Assembly (NCBI GenBank): GCA_963709405.1
Contig: CAVPXM010000055.1
Location: forward strand, 128,001-192,000
DNA: 64,000 bases
Source of the DNA: an uncultured Nitrososphaerales archaeon
Lineage (GTDB): Archaea > Thermoproteota > Nitrososphaeria > Nitrososphaerales > Nitrososphaeraceae
Direction of reading: 5' to 3'
The position numbers and the translations under genes are program-made. This document shows, in pieces, positions 43,136-55,021 of the stretch. Below the pieces are notes generated by a model. The model did no database searches, was not told the origin of the DNA, and saw only the letters and a list, made by a program, of their open reading frames with translations. Position 1 is the first letter of the stretch, and each line of letters starts with the position of its first letter.

Positions 43136-43796
43136 AATATAACTTTCTCATCTGATATACTGACAACTGTCCTGGTGCAATTTCGGTTCCTAGTGAAGCA
43201 TAGGTAAATGGCGTGGTCTTGTATAATCCGCACAATACTCTCGATAAAATTCCCTTTTCTCCCATTGCGAAGGCAATTAGTTTTGAATCATTTGCATCTT
43301 TATACAGATCCAATATGGAAATCGAGTCCTCGATACTTTTCGCCATCGTTACAATCTTGATAAATTTACTAAAATGCTTCATATTTGATAGAAGCCCCCT
43401 CAGCTCTTGCAGGTTGGGCGTGTATTCAGTGTTATGCCACGAGACAAGTAACGAAGAATTATTTTTCTCAAAATAGTGTAAAAGATTGTGATTAGTTTTT
43501 AAGGTATTGTATTCTATATCTAACAGCATAGGCCGCGCATCGGCAAGCCTACTTAACCAGAACACTCTTTCCTCAAAATCTCCGCGAAACTTTCCTGACT
43601 CCTTCTCATCTCGTAACGTGTATATAGATCTGCTCTTAACTGTGTTGGCTCGTCGAAGGGCTTGATCCAAGTCAGAGCTGCTCAAAAAGTCAAAGCGGAT
43701 TTCTAAAAATTCAGCACCAGAGTCTAGCGCTTCTGACAGGTTCTTTTCAAGTTGCTCCAAGTTCTCGGCTGCTATTGAGACACATATCTTAGGCAA
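43095..43796 (-). CDS. aroD: Type I 3-dehydroquinate dehydratase
   Basis: EIRFD, SWH, KIV, AMGE.G..SR, APGQ. Confidence 0.92.
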   Translation of the reverse strand: MPKICVSIAAENLEQLEKNLSEALDSGAEFLEIRFDFLSSSDLDQALRRANTVKSRSIYTLRDEKESGKFRGDFEERVFWLSRLADARPMLLDIEYNTLKTNHNLLHYFEKNNSSLLVSWHNTEYTPNLQELRGLLSNMKHFSKFIKIVTMAKSIEDSISILDLYKDANDSKLIAFAMGEKGILSRVLCGLYKTTPFTYASLGTEIAPGQLSVYQMRKLYCGMFTKNGIGEIH

Positions 43797-44142
43797 CAGT
43801 ATCTATTAACATGAAATTAGACTAATTAATTTATTTGCAAACTAGCATTTGATATAGATCTGTCAATCAATCGAATCTTATCATGCAACATGAAAATCAT
43901 TGCGGTTTTCAAATTCGCGCCTACAGAACCAATATTATATACGGACTAATTAGTCCAACGAAAAGGCATTGCTTGAGCATATAAGAATTCGGCTCCTTAA
44001 AATAGACTGTGTGACTATTAATTGCAGATTTGCCCAAGCTAGTATGAGGAAATGTCTATCCAGTTCGTTCATATCTAAAACAATCAAGCCAGGATATAAT
44101 CTGCAAACAAGAGATTGGGTATCATGGATTCATGGGAATTTA

Positions 44143-45018
44143 TCACCGATGAATATAGTGAGAAGGAATCTTTCTCCAGTTTGCAATTAGAGCCTTTGGT
44201 CTAATATGAAGTTGTTCTTCCCTCAATCTTTCTCTAGCTAATTTGACATAATCCTCGACGATATCCATTCCAATGTACCTCCGTCGGAAATGTGAAGCAA
44301 CCTTTGTAGTTTGGCCGCTCCCATTAAAGGGATCTAGGATGGTATCTCCTTTGTACGAATATAGCTTCATTAATCGATATGGGATCTCCTCAGGAAATGG
44401 ACATGGATGATTAATGTAACCTGGTGGAACTGGGGCTATATGCCATACTGAATTTGCGATTTCTTTAGTCCATTCTTCGTGAGTGGCAGGCAGTGCATCC
44501 CTTCTTTGGTTTCGACCGGAGTTAACATTTCCTTTTCTGAGGACCAGAATGAATTCGTGCATTATATTGGCCCGATAGTACTTTGGATACGGGTTTATTA
44601 CAAACGAGCCATATCTGTTAGTTCCACCGGTAACTTTGTGCCAAATGATTTCCTCATGGAGGTTCCATGTTCCATATGGTTCGACCAATTTAGAAAGGAG
44701 CATGTGAGGTAGAGGTAACAGAGTCCCATTAACTAATTCGTTACCAATGACTATACAACAATATCCACCTTCTTTAGTTACACGAAATATGCTTTCGTTA
44801 AATATTCGTACCATCTCATCTAGATATTCACTAGTCTCTTGTCTCAATCTGCCACGATAGTACCCTCCACTCTTCGAAGCATGCATGTCGTAGTCAATTG
44901 CATTTCTATAAGGGGGGGACGTAATGGTTAGCTGGATTGATTCAGGGGCAATCCTCTCCAACGTTGATCTGCAATGGCCCACAGTAATAGTGTTGAGAAG
45001 GCTTTCTTGAAGTAACAT
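44143..45018 (-). CDS. Orphan beta-class DNA methyltransferase (N4-C/N6-A)
   Basis: TSPPY catalytic motif lies before HP.PFP and the DPFNGSG SAM motif. Confidence 0.85.
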   Translation of the reverse strand: MLLQESLLNTITVGHCRSTLERIAPESIQLTITSPPYRNAIDYDMHASKSGGYYRGRLRQETSEYLDEMVRIFNESIFRVTKEGGYCCIVIGNELVNGTLLPLPHMLLSKLVEPYGTWNLHEEIIWHKVTGGTNRYGSFVINPYPKYYRANIMHEFILVLRKGNVNSGRNQRRDALPATHEEWTKEIANSVWHIAPVPPGYINHPCPFPEEIPYRLMKLYSYKGDTILDPFNGSGQTTKVASHFRRRYIGMDIVEDYVKLARERLREEQLHIRPKALIANWRKIPSHYIHR

Positions 45019-45112
45019 GAATATTAAGAAATGAGGGTATCAATATGAGGAATACTTTAAAATAATAAACATCCAGATAAAGAAATATTATTTCTGTATT
45101 TTGTCAAGTATC

Positions 45113-46178
45113 TCATTTCTCTATCAAATACTCATCGATTTCTATGCCAAAATGTCTGCCTGATCCTTGCCTTGCGGAGCCAAGGATCTTGTCACCGATT
45201 TTTAATTCTGTAACTGCTACCAGGGATCCATCTGGTTTTACAAGTCTTATTGTTTCAGCATTCTGTAAGATTATCGTGCCAACTTTACCGCCAGTCTCAC
45301 CTTTTATAAGTCTAAGAGGACGAGTTTCAATTTTTGATCTCCCCACTGTAACTCGTCTGGAGGCGCCCTTATTATTAACAGCCAAAATTTCTGTACCCGC
45401 TTCAAGCTCGGATAGATACTTCGTCTTACCGTCGGGAGTAAGAGTATAACAATGCACCGCTCCGGCATTTACTCTGAAAGGCCAGCGGCGAGGTAAACGA
45501 CGAACCGATCGATTCGTTGTGTATCAAGAACATGAAGTTCGACTTACTACCAATCAACATTCCTTCGCCTAAGGTGAGAATTGATGTTGTATCTACACAA
45601 ACCCGCTCGCCAATGCCGACATCAATAACGTCTGTAACACTAATTTCGTGAATAGGTAGAGTCAGACTCTCCATATAACTCTTGGAATCACTTATTTCCT
45701 GCAAGTCATTAGTATCAAGTATAACACCATCGACCCCTAGCTCGAGGACTCCGAACATTGTTCGCACTTCCTCGGAATCTTTGGCTGTTGTGTAGATCTT
45801 GGTCTTTGATCGGCGTACTTTTGCTATTATGTTTTCGAGTGGAATAATTTTCCAATCTACAGATTTAACGATAACAAAGTCTGCGCCCATCTCAGATGCT
45901 ACTAACAAATCATTAATATCGTCATCACTTTTTACCTCTTTAAATATTCCATGAGGTTTTCCAGATTGTGTCGATTTGCCTAACTCCGCAGACGATTTGC
46001 AAATGACCATATCTGCGTCCTCTGATTCGTACATACTCTTAAACTTAGTTCCACGTAATGTTTTGGGGTTAGCATAAAGCACGTCAATATCAACTAATTT
46101 CGTAATAAAGCTCGCAAGTTCAGATTCGGAGACCTTTGGATTGATAACCAGAGTTTTGTTATTAATGTTGCTTGTCAA
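45113..46178 (-). CDS. aroB': 3-dehydroquinate synthase II (frameshift near 45480)
   Basis: WKIIPLEN, ERVCVDT, YLSEL, LQNAETI. Confidence 0.9.
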
Positions 46179-46953
46179 ACTCCTTCATAGCCTCCTCCGG
46201 AGTTTTACCTCTCATTATTATTTCATATAGAGCTCGTACCATCGATGGTGGGCAAGAATGTTGAAATATATTTCTGCCAAATGTTACACCTTTAGCTCCT
46301 GCTTGCATTGCATCGTGACACATATCTAGAATTTCTCTGTCAGAATCAGCCTTGGGCCCTCCTGCAATAACAAGTGGTACCGGACAGCCTCTCACAACTT
46401 TCTTAAATGAGGAGATATCGCCTGTATAGACAACTTTGATCAAATCAGCGCCTGCCTCTGCTCCAATTCTCGCCGCGTGAGCCACCACATCGGGGTCATT
46501 TGGATCCTTCACATTTTCTCCTCTGGCGTACATCATAGCTACAAGTGGCATGCTCCATTCATCGCACTTGTCTGATATTGTCCCCAGTTTATGCAACATT
46601 TCCGGTTCCTCTTTAGCACCAACGTTTATGTGAACCGAAACAGCATCGGCACCAAGTCGTATAGCCTCTTCAACACTTCCCATGAGCATTTTTCGATTAG
46701 GTGCAAGCCCAAGAGTTGTACTCCCTGAAAGGTGAATTATTATGCCAATTGAAGTAGGTCTGGGCATTGACTTTACTATCCCTTTATTAACAAGTACGCA
46801 AGTAAGCCCAGCGTCTTCGCATGAATATATAAGATCATGTGCATTTTCTAACCCTTGAATTGGTCCCAAAGTGATGCCGTGGTCCATCGGTATGCAGAGC
46901 ATTTTCCCCTGATTTGTTATTCGGTGTAATCTTATATCTCTGCCAAATACCAT
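46162..46953 (-). CDS. aroA': 2-amino-3,7-dideoxy-D-threo-hept-6-ulosonate synthase
   Basis: PMDHG, AGGPK, GRNIFQ; heads the shikimate cluster. Confidence 0.88.
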   Translation of the reverse strand: MVFGRDIRLHRITNQGKMLCIPMDHGITLGPIQGLENAHDLIYSCEDAGLTCVLVNKGIVKSMPRPTSIGIIIHLSGSTTLGLAPNRKMLMGSVEEAIRLGADAVSVHINVGAKEEPEMLHKLGTISDKCDEWSMPLVAMMYARGENVKDPNDPDVVAHAARIGAEAGADLIKVVYTGDISSFKKVVRGCPVPLVIAGGPKADSDREILDMCHDAMQAGAKGVTFGRNIFQHSCPPSMVRALYEIIMRGKTPEEAMKEFDKQH

Positions 46954-47092
46954 TCTAATTACATGACTTTCATTCCTCCATAAAAGTCATCTGGCATCAT
47001 GTCGCTCGAAGTCATACGCTATTAGCAGACGTTATTGCAGTTTCGTCGCATCATTACTTTAATATACAAATTTGTAGAGATAATACTTGTAG

Positions 47093-48302
47093 TTGATTGA
47101 TGCAAGAAATATAGGCCTTAGGAACATAGAGGTCGCTGATACTAAGATCTGTTCGATTGATGGTGATAATGGCAAGCTCATTTACCGAGGCTATGATATT
47201 CTGGATTTGGTTAATCATTCCACTTTTGAAGAAACTGCATATCTGTTGCTATTTGGTGATTTACCCAATTCTGAGGAGTTGGAAGACTTCAAACATCGTT
47301 TGACAGAAGCAAGATCCTTACCTGGTCCAGTGCTGAAAAATCTCTACAATCGACCAAAGCGTGCTGACCCTATGGACGTTATTCAATCCGCTATAACTGA
47401 GCTTCCAGATTACGATCTCAATATGGAGGAGGATTCAAAGACCGCAAATATAAGAAGGGCAATTATTCTGATAGGCAAGATTCCTACGATTATAGCCGCA
47501 TGGGATAGGATTAGACATTCGCAAGATGTGGTTGAGCCCTCAGAGGAAGGAAGTCATGCCGAAAATTTTCTCCGTTTACTTCGCGGGGACCAACCTACCA
47601 AAGAAGAAGCAAAGATGTTCGATATTTCGCTTATACTGCATGCTGAGCATAGCTTTTAATGCTTCGACATTTGCTGCAAGAGAAATTGCATCAACCAGAG
47701 CTCATATGTACGCCTCCATTGCCGGTGCGGTGGGTGCTCTGTCAGGAGAACTTCATGGAGGAGCCAATGTCCAGGTCATGAAAATGCTTCTGGAAATAGG
47801 AGAGGCCGGAAATGCAAGAAACTGGGTGCGAAAAAGATTGAATGAGGGCGGCAGGATTATGGGTATGGGTCATGCTGTGTATAGGACTACGGACCCAAGA
47901 GCCGAGATCCTCCGTACATTATCACGCATAATTTCTAAGGAACGAAATACGAAATGGTTTGAAATTACCGAAAATGTTGAAAAATCAACTCAAGACTTTA
48001 TGATTGAGAATAAAAGGCAAGCGATTTATGCAAACGTGGATCTTTATAGTGCATCACTTTATTACAGTTTGAACATTCCCTTAGATCTAAATACCCCAAT
48101 TTTTTCAATTGCTAGATCAGCAGGTTGGACAGCTCACGTTATAGAGGAAAAATTCGCCGAGGCAGCACCAAAACCAGCACTGTACAGGCCCAAAGCCTCC
48201 TATGTTGGCAAGTATTGCGGTCCAATGGGGTGCGAATATATACCGATAACTAACAGATTAAGTGAGCATCCTAATGAAAATGAGAATGATGGAAATGTGT
48301 AA
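47093..48302 (+). CDS. gltA: Citrate synthase (frameshift near 47655)
   Basis: YRGY, HAEH-SFNAST, LHGGAN, GMGHAVY, NVD. Confidence 0.92.
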
Positions 48303-48353
48303 TGTAGAAAACCATATGTATTCTGAAGAAAATAATATCGAGTTAGCACAAAC

Positions 48354-48831
48354 TTGAGGGTAAGCGTTCTTTCCAAGACAGATACTTCCAGGTTAATTGA
48401 GTTAATGCATATAAACTGGCCTTCTGATAGCATTCCAAAAATAAAGACCCTAAAGGTATATGAAGCTGATCAAAACAAGTTTTTATTAAAATCTGACGAT
48501 TTTGTTGCCAAGGGTTGGTGATGATATTGTTCCATTTCTGGGGAAGGAGGAGCTTCTTCGACACTTTCCATTTGTAACTGTTGACATGAGAGCAGTCAGG
48601 TTTGTGTGCAATGGAGCTAATATTATGAGACCAGGAATAACAGCCTTCCAATCCTTTAAAAAAGGATCCGTTGTAGTGGTTAAGGATGAGAGTCATCTCA
48701 AGTCATTGTCTGTTGGAATAGCAGTAGAGAATAGCGATGATGCAGCTTCTAAAGACAGAGGTTGCGTAATCAATAATATTCATTACGTGAGCGACAGGCT
48801 CTGGGAAGCATATAAGGAAATAAAAAACTAG
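48354..48831 (+). CDS. PUA-domain RNA-binding protein (frameshift near 48510)
   Basis: TTG 48354 MRVSVLSK...; VDMRAVRFVCNGANIMRPGI, HYVSD. Confidence 0.8.
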
Positions 48832-48907
48832 ATAAATAGATGTATGGAGATACTCCATTCTAATTAGTTAAACGCATATTCCTCTCGTATCGAGGGTGTA
48901 CACATAT

Positions 48908-51577
48908 CTACAAGTATTTTGAACTGTAAATTGGAGCTGACCTCATTTTGATGCTAGATTGGGCTGCCGCCAGGATAGCTATTGGGATCCTCCGCGGGGA
49001 TGTACTGATATAATCTAGCCCAATTTCGCTAAAAAAATTGATCGAGATCGGATCGCCTCCGTGTTCTCCGCAGATTCCTATCTTAACTTTCTTATTAGCC
49101 TGTCTAGTTTGGATCGTAGCAATTTTCATTAGCTTCCCAACTCCGTCTTCATCAAGTGTTTGGAATGGATTTATAGAAATTATTTTCTGATCAATATACG
49201 TTGCAAGAAACCTACTTTCTGCATCTTCCCTACTAAAGCTAAAGGTAGCTTGAGTTAGATCATTGGTACCAAAACTCATAAAGTCAACACAAGATGATAT
49301 CTTATCAGCTATAAGACAGGACCTTACGACTTCAATCATACATCCAAATTCGATATTTAAGGGGAATTTGTACTTCACTTCTACATTTGTTTTTACAGTT
49401 TCAAAAATCTTTCTAATGCTTTTTAATTCTTGTATCATACTTACTTGAGGTACCATGATCTGAGGTCGAACCGCAATACCATTCTGCTTCAATTCTGCGG
49501 TTGCTTCACAGATCGCATTTATCTGTGATTCATATATTTCTGGATAGGAAATCCCGATTCTAACACCACGATGTCCCAGCATCGGGTTAGACTCTTTAAG
49601 TTCGCGCACTCGTCTTAGAATTTGTTGCTTTTCTTGAGTCAAGCGAGTATCTTGATCGGATTTAGTCCTGGTCTCTTGCATTTCAAATATCAGATCCTCT
49701 TCCTTAGGAAGAAACTCATGAAGGGGGCCATCAAGTAATCTAAATGTTACTGGAAGACCTTGCATCTGTTTTAGAATACTTTGAAGTGCTGGCCTCTGGT
49801 GGAGATTTAACTCTAGTAACATGGCCTTTCTTTCGTTGATATCATCGGTCAGAATCATTCTTCTAAACGTGTTTGCAATTTCCTGTTCATTGAACATTGT
49901 TTCGGTTCTACACAGGCCGATGCCTTCTGCACCGTATCTTCTAGCAAGAGCCGCATCATCGGGAGTGTCTGCATTCCCTCGAATGGCAATATTTTTCTCA
50001 GCACCTGCCCATTCAAGCAATTCCTTTAACTCATTCGTTATATTACTTGAGGTACTCTTGATTTCTCCCAGGTACACTTTGCCTGTCGAACCATCAATCG
50101 TAATCTTTTGTCCCTCAATTAAGACAAATTGGCTTTTGAATGGCTGATATTGTCTTTCGATGCCCCTAATAATTTGCGAACAACCAACCACACATGGCTT
50201 TCCCATACCTCTTGCTACTACAATAGCATGAGATGTTTTACCACCCTTAAGAGTTAAGATGCCGGCGGAGTATGCAAATGCATGAACATCTTCAGGTCTT
50301 ACTTCCTCTCTTACTAGAATTATCTGGTCTCCATCCGAGCTCAGTTTTTGCGCCGTCACCAAATCAAATACCACAATTCCACATGTTGAGCCTGGTGATG
50401 CACCTATGCCTAAGGCTATGGGCTTTTCACGCGTTTCATTTTCGATACTAGGATACATCATCTGTTCTAAAGCGGCAGGATCGATTCTAGATAGGGCACA
50501 GGTCCTGTCTATTAAGCCTTCATGACATAAATCGACAGATACCTTTACATTTGCTACTGCACTCATCTCAGCAGCTCTAGTTTGCAATAAATACAAGTTG
50601 TTCTTTTCTACAGTAAACTCTATCTGTTGTGGCTCTTTAAATTCCGTTTCCAGAGCTCTGGAAACATCTCTTAGCTGTGTCTCTATCTCTGGAAATTGCC
50701 ATGTTAAACTTTCGACTTGATTTGGGATAGATCCCCCTGAAAACAATTCATCTCCTTGTGCGTTGATAAAATACTCGCCGTAAAGCTTTTTTTCTCCAGA
50801 TTCCGGATTTCTTGTGAAAGCGATACCAGTCATACTTGTTCCCCCCAAATTTCCGAACACCATTCTCATTATTATTATGGCAGTTCCGTTTGCCAACTCA
50901 GATGGAATACCCTTAAACTTTCTATACTCCGTAGCTCTTTTGCTTGACCATGATTTTAAGACTGAGATTATCGACAGCTCAAGTTGTTTATATGGATCTT
51001 CTGAAAAGCCCCTTCCTGTCTTTTCAATCCACAACTCGTTAAAGGATTGTACAATTTTTTGAAGGCTTTTTACATCTTGATCATTGTATTCAGCTAATAT
51101 CTTCAATAAGATTTTTTCATCAATATCTAAGACACTCTGGGTTAACATTTGAATGAACCTGCGATAACAATCCCAAGCAATTACTTCTGATTTCTTCTGG
51201 GATGCTAATCCCATTACAATCTTCTCGTTCAAACCTACATTGAGAATCGTAGCCATGGCTCCAGGCATTGATACTGAGGAGCCAGATCGGACTGAAACCA
51301 AAAGCGGATTATTGGGGTCGCCATACTTAAGGCCAACCTTCAGTTCAAGCTCCTTGATGGCCCCCCTAACCTCGTTCATAAGGCCGTCAGGCAATCGCAT
51401 GCCTGCCTCGAAGAATTTTTCACAGATCTCTGTAGTAATTATAAATCCTTGCGGAACTGGCAATTTCATTGCTGTCATGCGGGATAAACCAGTCCCCTTG
51501 AGCCCCAATAATTTTGAGCCTTCGTTGACGCCTTTCTCAAAAGAATATATTGGCATATGTGAACGTTGCTCATACAT
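48908..51577 (-). CDS. ppdK: Pyruvate, phosphate dikinase (divergent)
   Basis: VSVRSG, TSHA (phospho-His), NPMLGHRG, GTNDLTQ, GICGEHGG. Confidence 0.88.
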   Translation of the reverse strand: MYEQRSHMPIYSFEKGVNEGSKLLGLKGTGLSRMTAMKLPVPQGFIITTEICEKFFEAGMRLPDGLMNEVRGAIKELELKVGLKYGDPNNPLLVSVRSGSSVSMPGAMATILNVGLNEKIVMGLASQKKSEVIAWDCYRRFIQMLTQSVLDIDEKILLKILAEYNDQDVKSLQKIVQSFNELWIEKTGRGFSEDPYKQLELSIISVLKSWSSKRATEYRKFKGIPSELANGTAIIIMRMVFGNLGGTSMTGIAFTRNPESGEKKLYGEYFINAQGDELFSGGSIPNQVESLTWQFPEIETQLRDVSRALETEFKEPQQIEFTVEKNNLYLLQTRAAEMSAVANVKVSVDLCHEGLIDRTCALSRIDPAALEQMMYPSIENETREKPIALGIGASPGSTCGIVVFDLVTAQKLSSDGDQIILVREEVRPEDVHAFAYSAGILTLKGGKTSHAIVVARGMGKPCVVGCSQIIRGIERQYQPFKSQFVLIEGQKITIDGSTGKVYLGEIKSTSSNITNELKELLEWAGAEKNIAIRGNADTPDDAALARRYGAEGIGLCRTETMFNEQEIANTFRRMILTDDINERKAMLLELNLHQRPALQSILKQMQGLPVTFRLLDGPLHEFLPKEEDLIFEMQETRTKSDQDTRLTQEKQQILRRVRELKESNPMLGHRGVRIGISYPEIYESQINAICEATAELKQNGIAVRPQIMVPQVSMIQELKSIRKIFETVKTNVEVKYKFPLNIEFGCMIEVVRSCLIADKISSCVDFMSFGTNDLTQATFSFSREDAESRFLATYIDQKIISINPFQTLDEDGVGKLMKIATIQTRQANKKVKIGICGEHGGDPISINFFSEIGLDYISTSPRRIPIAILAAAQSSIKMRSAPIYSSKYL

Positions 51578-52060
51578 ATTTTATGATAACATCTGCCCCA
51601 ACTTAAGTCCTCTGAATGTTTCGACCTAGCCGGAATTCCACTCAGATGCGTAAAAGTTTGTTTTGACTGGTTCTATCTTAATGAATGAATAGCATTTAAT
51701 TTGACTCCCACTATTCATCCTACTCATCATAACAAATTATTTCGACTTGTTGATATCAATCTTCTGAAATAGTAAATTATTTTTATAAAAGGTCACCCAA
51801 TTGTCACTACTAAGCAGGTATGGAGCCATCTATTGAATCTAACATAACAATTAGGTCGAAATGGCACTTATAATAATTGGAAGTATTTCTATATTACCAC
51901 AACTAGTATGGGAGACCGACAAATCTGGATGAAATATAAAGGTAATTAGTACTAAGGATTGTAGAAAGTTGCATTCCTCACTTAAAATAACTGATAGACA
52001 TAAAGGGACTTTCCCAATCAGAGATAACATAGCGAATAAGAATTATTTTCCCAACTTAAA

Positions 52061-52744
52061 CTAGGCAATAGATGGGACATCGTTATTCACAACGTGACCT
52101 AGATTTTTTCTTACGAATTTTAAAGCGGCGCCATCGATAGATCCGTATCTAGCTAATAATAGTTCTACATCTCGTCTTGTGTCCATATCGATCGTTGTCC
52201 TATCAGACAATACAACAATGACCGTGGCCTTAACAGCCAATGCCTCTTCAATGTGTCTAGTATAACTATCATCATCATAATGAGTTCTTATCAGGTTGAT
52301 TGGCTTTCTGAGTAGAATGTTTGATCCATCGTGTCGAAGCGAGGGAGAGATTACCAGGCATTTCTCATAATTTTTAGTCGATCTGCATATCATATCAACT
52401 TGTGCTGGTAGAAGGAGAGGCAAATCATGTGGTATTACAATGGTAGCATCCGCACCATTTTTGTTACTGAAATCATCTCCTGCACTTACTGCCTGATCTA
52501 CTCCATTGTCGATATCCTGCCTTAGGAATGTTACACCCATCCGATCACTTACTGAACGTGCACGATCGTCCCCAGAAACGATAACTATAGTATCTAATGT
52601 GCTAGATTTCATAAGAATAGATATGGTATCAACAAGAAGCAATTCTGCAAGTCTAATTCTAACTTGTTTAGATAACAATAATCTTAATCTAGATTTGCTA
52701 TTCTCAAATCTCTTGACTGGGACCACAGCGAATATCTTATTCAA
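52061..52744 (-). CDS. cofC: 2-phospho-L-lactate guanylyltransferase
   Basis: VPVK...KSRL, DLPLL, DMDT..D; next to cofD. Confidence 0.85.
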   Translation of the reverse strand: MNKIFAVVPVKRFENSKSRLRLLLSKQVRIRLAELLLVDTISILMKSSTLDTIVIVSGDDRARSVSDRMGVTFLRQDIDNGVDQAVSAGDDFSNKNGADATIVIPHDLPLLLPAQVDMICRSTKNYEKCLVISPSLRHDGSNILLRKPINLIRTHYDDDSYTRHIEEALAVKATVIVVLSDRTTIDMDTRRDVELLLARYGSIDGAALKFVRKNLGHVVNNDVPSIA

Positions 52745-53664
52745 TGCTTCGCACAGTGCTTTAGAATATAATTGGCCAGCATATTTTCTTGATATCTGTT
52801 TTTCATAATAATATTTGTCCGATAAACACTAAGATCTAAATTTGATATCTCGGGAGATATTGCACTGTCTAATTCAGAAATAACGAATTTACTCAAGAAT
52901 TTCCTATAATACTTTGCTACTCCTACCGGCGAGACATGCATACCAGCAGATTTCATATATTTAGCAGCTGGCCCAGAGATTACACTGTTACCAATTATGG
53001 GAGACACAGCAACAACTCTTTCCTTTAAGGATATAAGTTCGGCTCTAAATTCTTTTAATGACAGCATTGGCCCAATGCTTGTAATTGGATTCGCAGGAGC
53101 TATGATAATTGTTCTAGACCGCCTCACGGCTTCCACTGCTAGAGGATTTACTATAGCTGTAGTACTTCCTTTATAGTAAACGGATCGAATTTTGGGCTTT
53201 GCTTTTTCTCTGACCCAAAATTCTTGAATATGTAAGTCTCCTATATCAGTTCTAAATCTGGTTTCGATATGATCATTCGAAACAGGAAGAATTCTAGGCA
53301 ACACTTTAAGTTTTCGCCTCAAATAATCCGTGACTTGTGAAAGGTCCTTACCCTCCCCCAGCATTTTAGTTCTTAATGCATGAGTTGCTAAATCCTTATC
53401 ACCTAACTTGAACCAAGTATCTTCACCAAGCATTCTCATTTGATTAAGAAAGTAATATGAGTCGTGTTGTATTCCCCATCCATTACTTAGATCTAGAATA
53501 TTACTGAGGCCATAGAGTGTGGTGTCTATGTCTGGACAAACGTACATCCCATTCAGCCAGATATTGTCAGCCACGTTCGAGATTATGACGAGATCTTTAA
53601 CAGCTTTAGCCAAGCCACGAATCAGCTTTATGGAGCCTGTTCCCCCTCCTATGACAGCGATCAA
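52741..53664 (-). CDS. cofD: 2-phospho-L-lactate transferase
   Basis: GGGTG, CPDIDT, WFKLGDKD, NPITSIGP, SGPA. Confidence 0.92.
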   Translation of the reverse strand: MIAVIGGGTGSIKLIRGLAKAVKDLVIISNVADNIWLNGMYVCPDIDTTLYGLSNILDLSNGWGIQHDSYYFLNQMRMLGEDTWFKLGDKDLATHALRTKMLGEGKDLSQVTDYLRRKLKVLPRILPVSNDHIETRFRTDIGDLHIQEFWVREKAKPKIRSVYYKGSTTAIVNPLAVEAVRRSRTIIIAPANPITSIGPMLSLKEFRAELISLKERVVAVSPIIGNSVISGPAAKYMKSAGMHVSPVGVAKYYRKFLSKFVISELDSAISPEISNLDLSVYRTNIIMKNRYQENMLANYILKHCAKH

Positions 53665-53928
53665 ATTTAGATAGCTAAGGCGAATGTATAATGTATAACT
53701 TTCGAAGTGCTGTGGTAGGAATCTCAGAATAAAATAGGCAATTCCTATAAGATCTCTAGTGGATCATCACGCCCTCCTTTCATATACTCAAACGTAGTAA
53801 ACTTGCGGCGCAGATGAATTAAATTATGCAAATCTTTATTGGCGACCCAGACAATCGAAAGAATTATTAAGGCTAGATGAAATAAGGTCGCAACAAAGAT
53901 TATAAACAGGGCTCATGAGAGTTTTCAT

Positions 53929-54965
53929 GTGAAGGCTGCGACATTCTCTTTATATGCGTTTATCATAGCTATTTTGTTGGGGGGTGGTGTGTCCTGTGTG
54001 AATGGCGTCCAGATGACAACTTTATTGATCCCCTCTCAGAACTCGGCACAAGGAGATCTAGTTGGAGTCAGATTCATTGAACTTAAATATGATCCAAGTA
54101 GTACAATCAGCTAAACAACTCGCTGGTAAAACAGAAAACGTTAGGTTTACGCTTAATTCTTCCGATCCTGCTATGGCTAAAATTGTTTCTATTATCAACA
54201 GCGATATTGCTTCGCAGAAAAAAAGTCCTGTCAGGTTCACTAACGCAACTTTAGTGTACACAGGCCAGATAAGAGGAGATCCTAACAGCGCTACACTATC
54301 TTATAAAGTGGATATCAAACCCACCATCAGCAACTTTGTGCTTGACAAGAATAGTCAGGGAGCTGTTGTTGACCTAGACTGGCGAGGATTCGTTATTGAC
54401 GAACCCTTACTTGTTAATGTGCCAAAGTATGGAAATATGAGTATTAATTATCCAATAGGCCTTTTGCAAGCTACGCATTCGGATTTGGCAAAAAAATTCC
54501 TTGCATCAGCCTCCTCATCCGTCATGAAAGATCCATTGCTGGATTTTCATGATGTCGCAAAATCTATGGATACCTGGCATTTCTTGTTTGACCCGACAGG
54601 AAGTCAGGCAGGAGCTGCAGGATTTAAGGAAATCGGTGGTGCTCGTGCAATTTCTATTTATTCACTGGGTGAGAGGCAGCTTTAGAGAAGGCACTATGAC
54701 CGAAACAGTATCTGACAGCACAGCTAATATTGACGGTTCTCCAGTAGGAGTTCACTCCAGTACTCCTCCTCCAAGTGCCCAAATCCAGATTAGCGGATTT
54801 TCTAACATTCGAAAGTCAGGAAACAGCGAACTGGCCTTTGTTTCAGATAAGGCTCCTGAAGGAACAGTTACAGCTACCGGAGGATTTCCCATTCAGGTAC
54901 TTCTCGTCTTGGGAGGAATGATGGGGGCTGTAGCCGTGTTTGTTCTTCTCAAGGCAAGGAAATGA
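53929..54965 (+). CDS. Secreted protein with C-terminal membrane anchor (two frameshifts, near 54108 and 54675)
   Basis: Signal peptide in ORF 53929, continues in ORFs 54062 and 54549, ends with a TM helix plus KARK. Confidence 0.7.
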
Positions 54966-55021
54966 ATGATGTAGGTATGATTAAAATTGAAGACTTCAAG
55001 TGTTAAAGGAGAGAGATTGCA

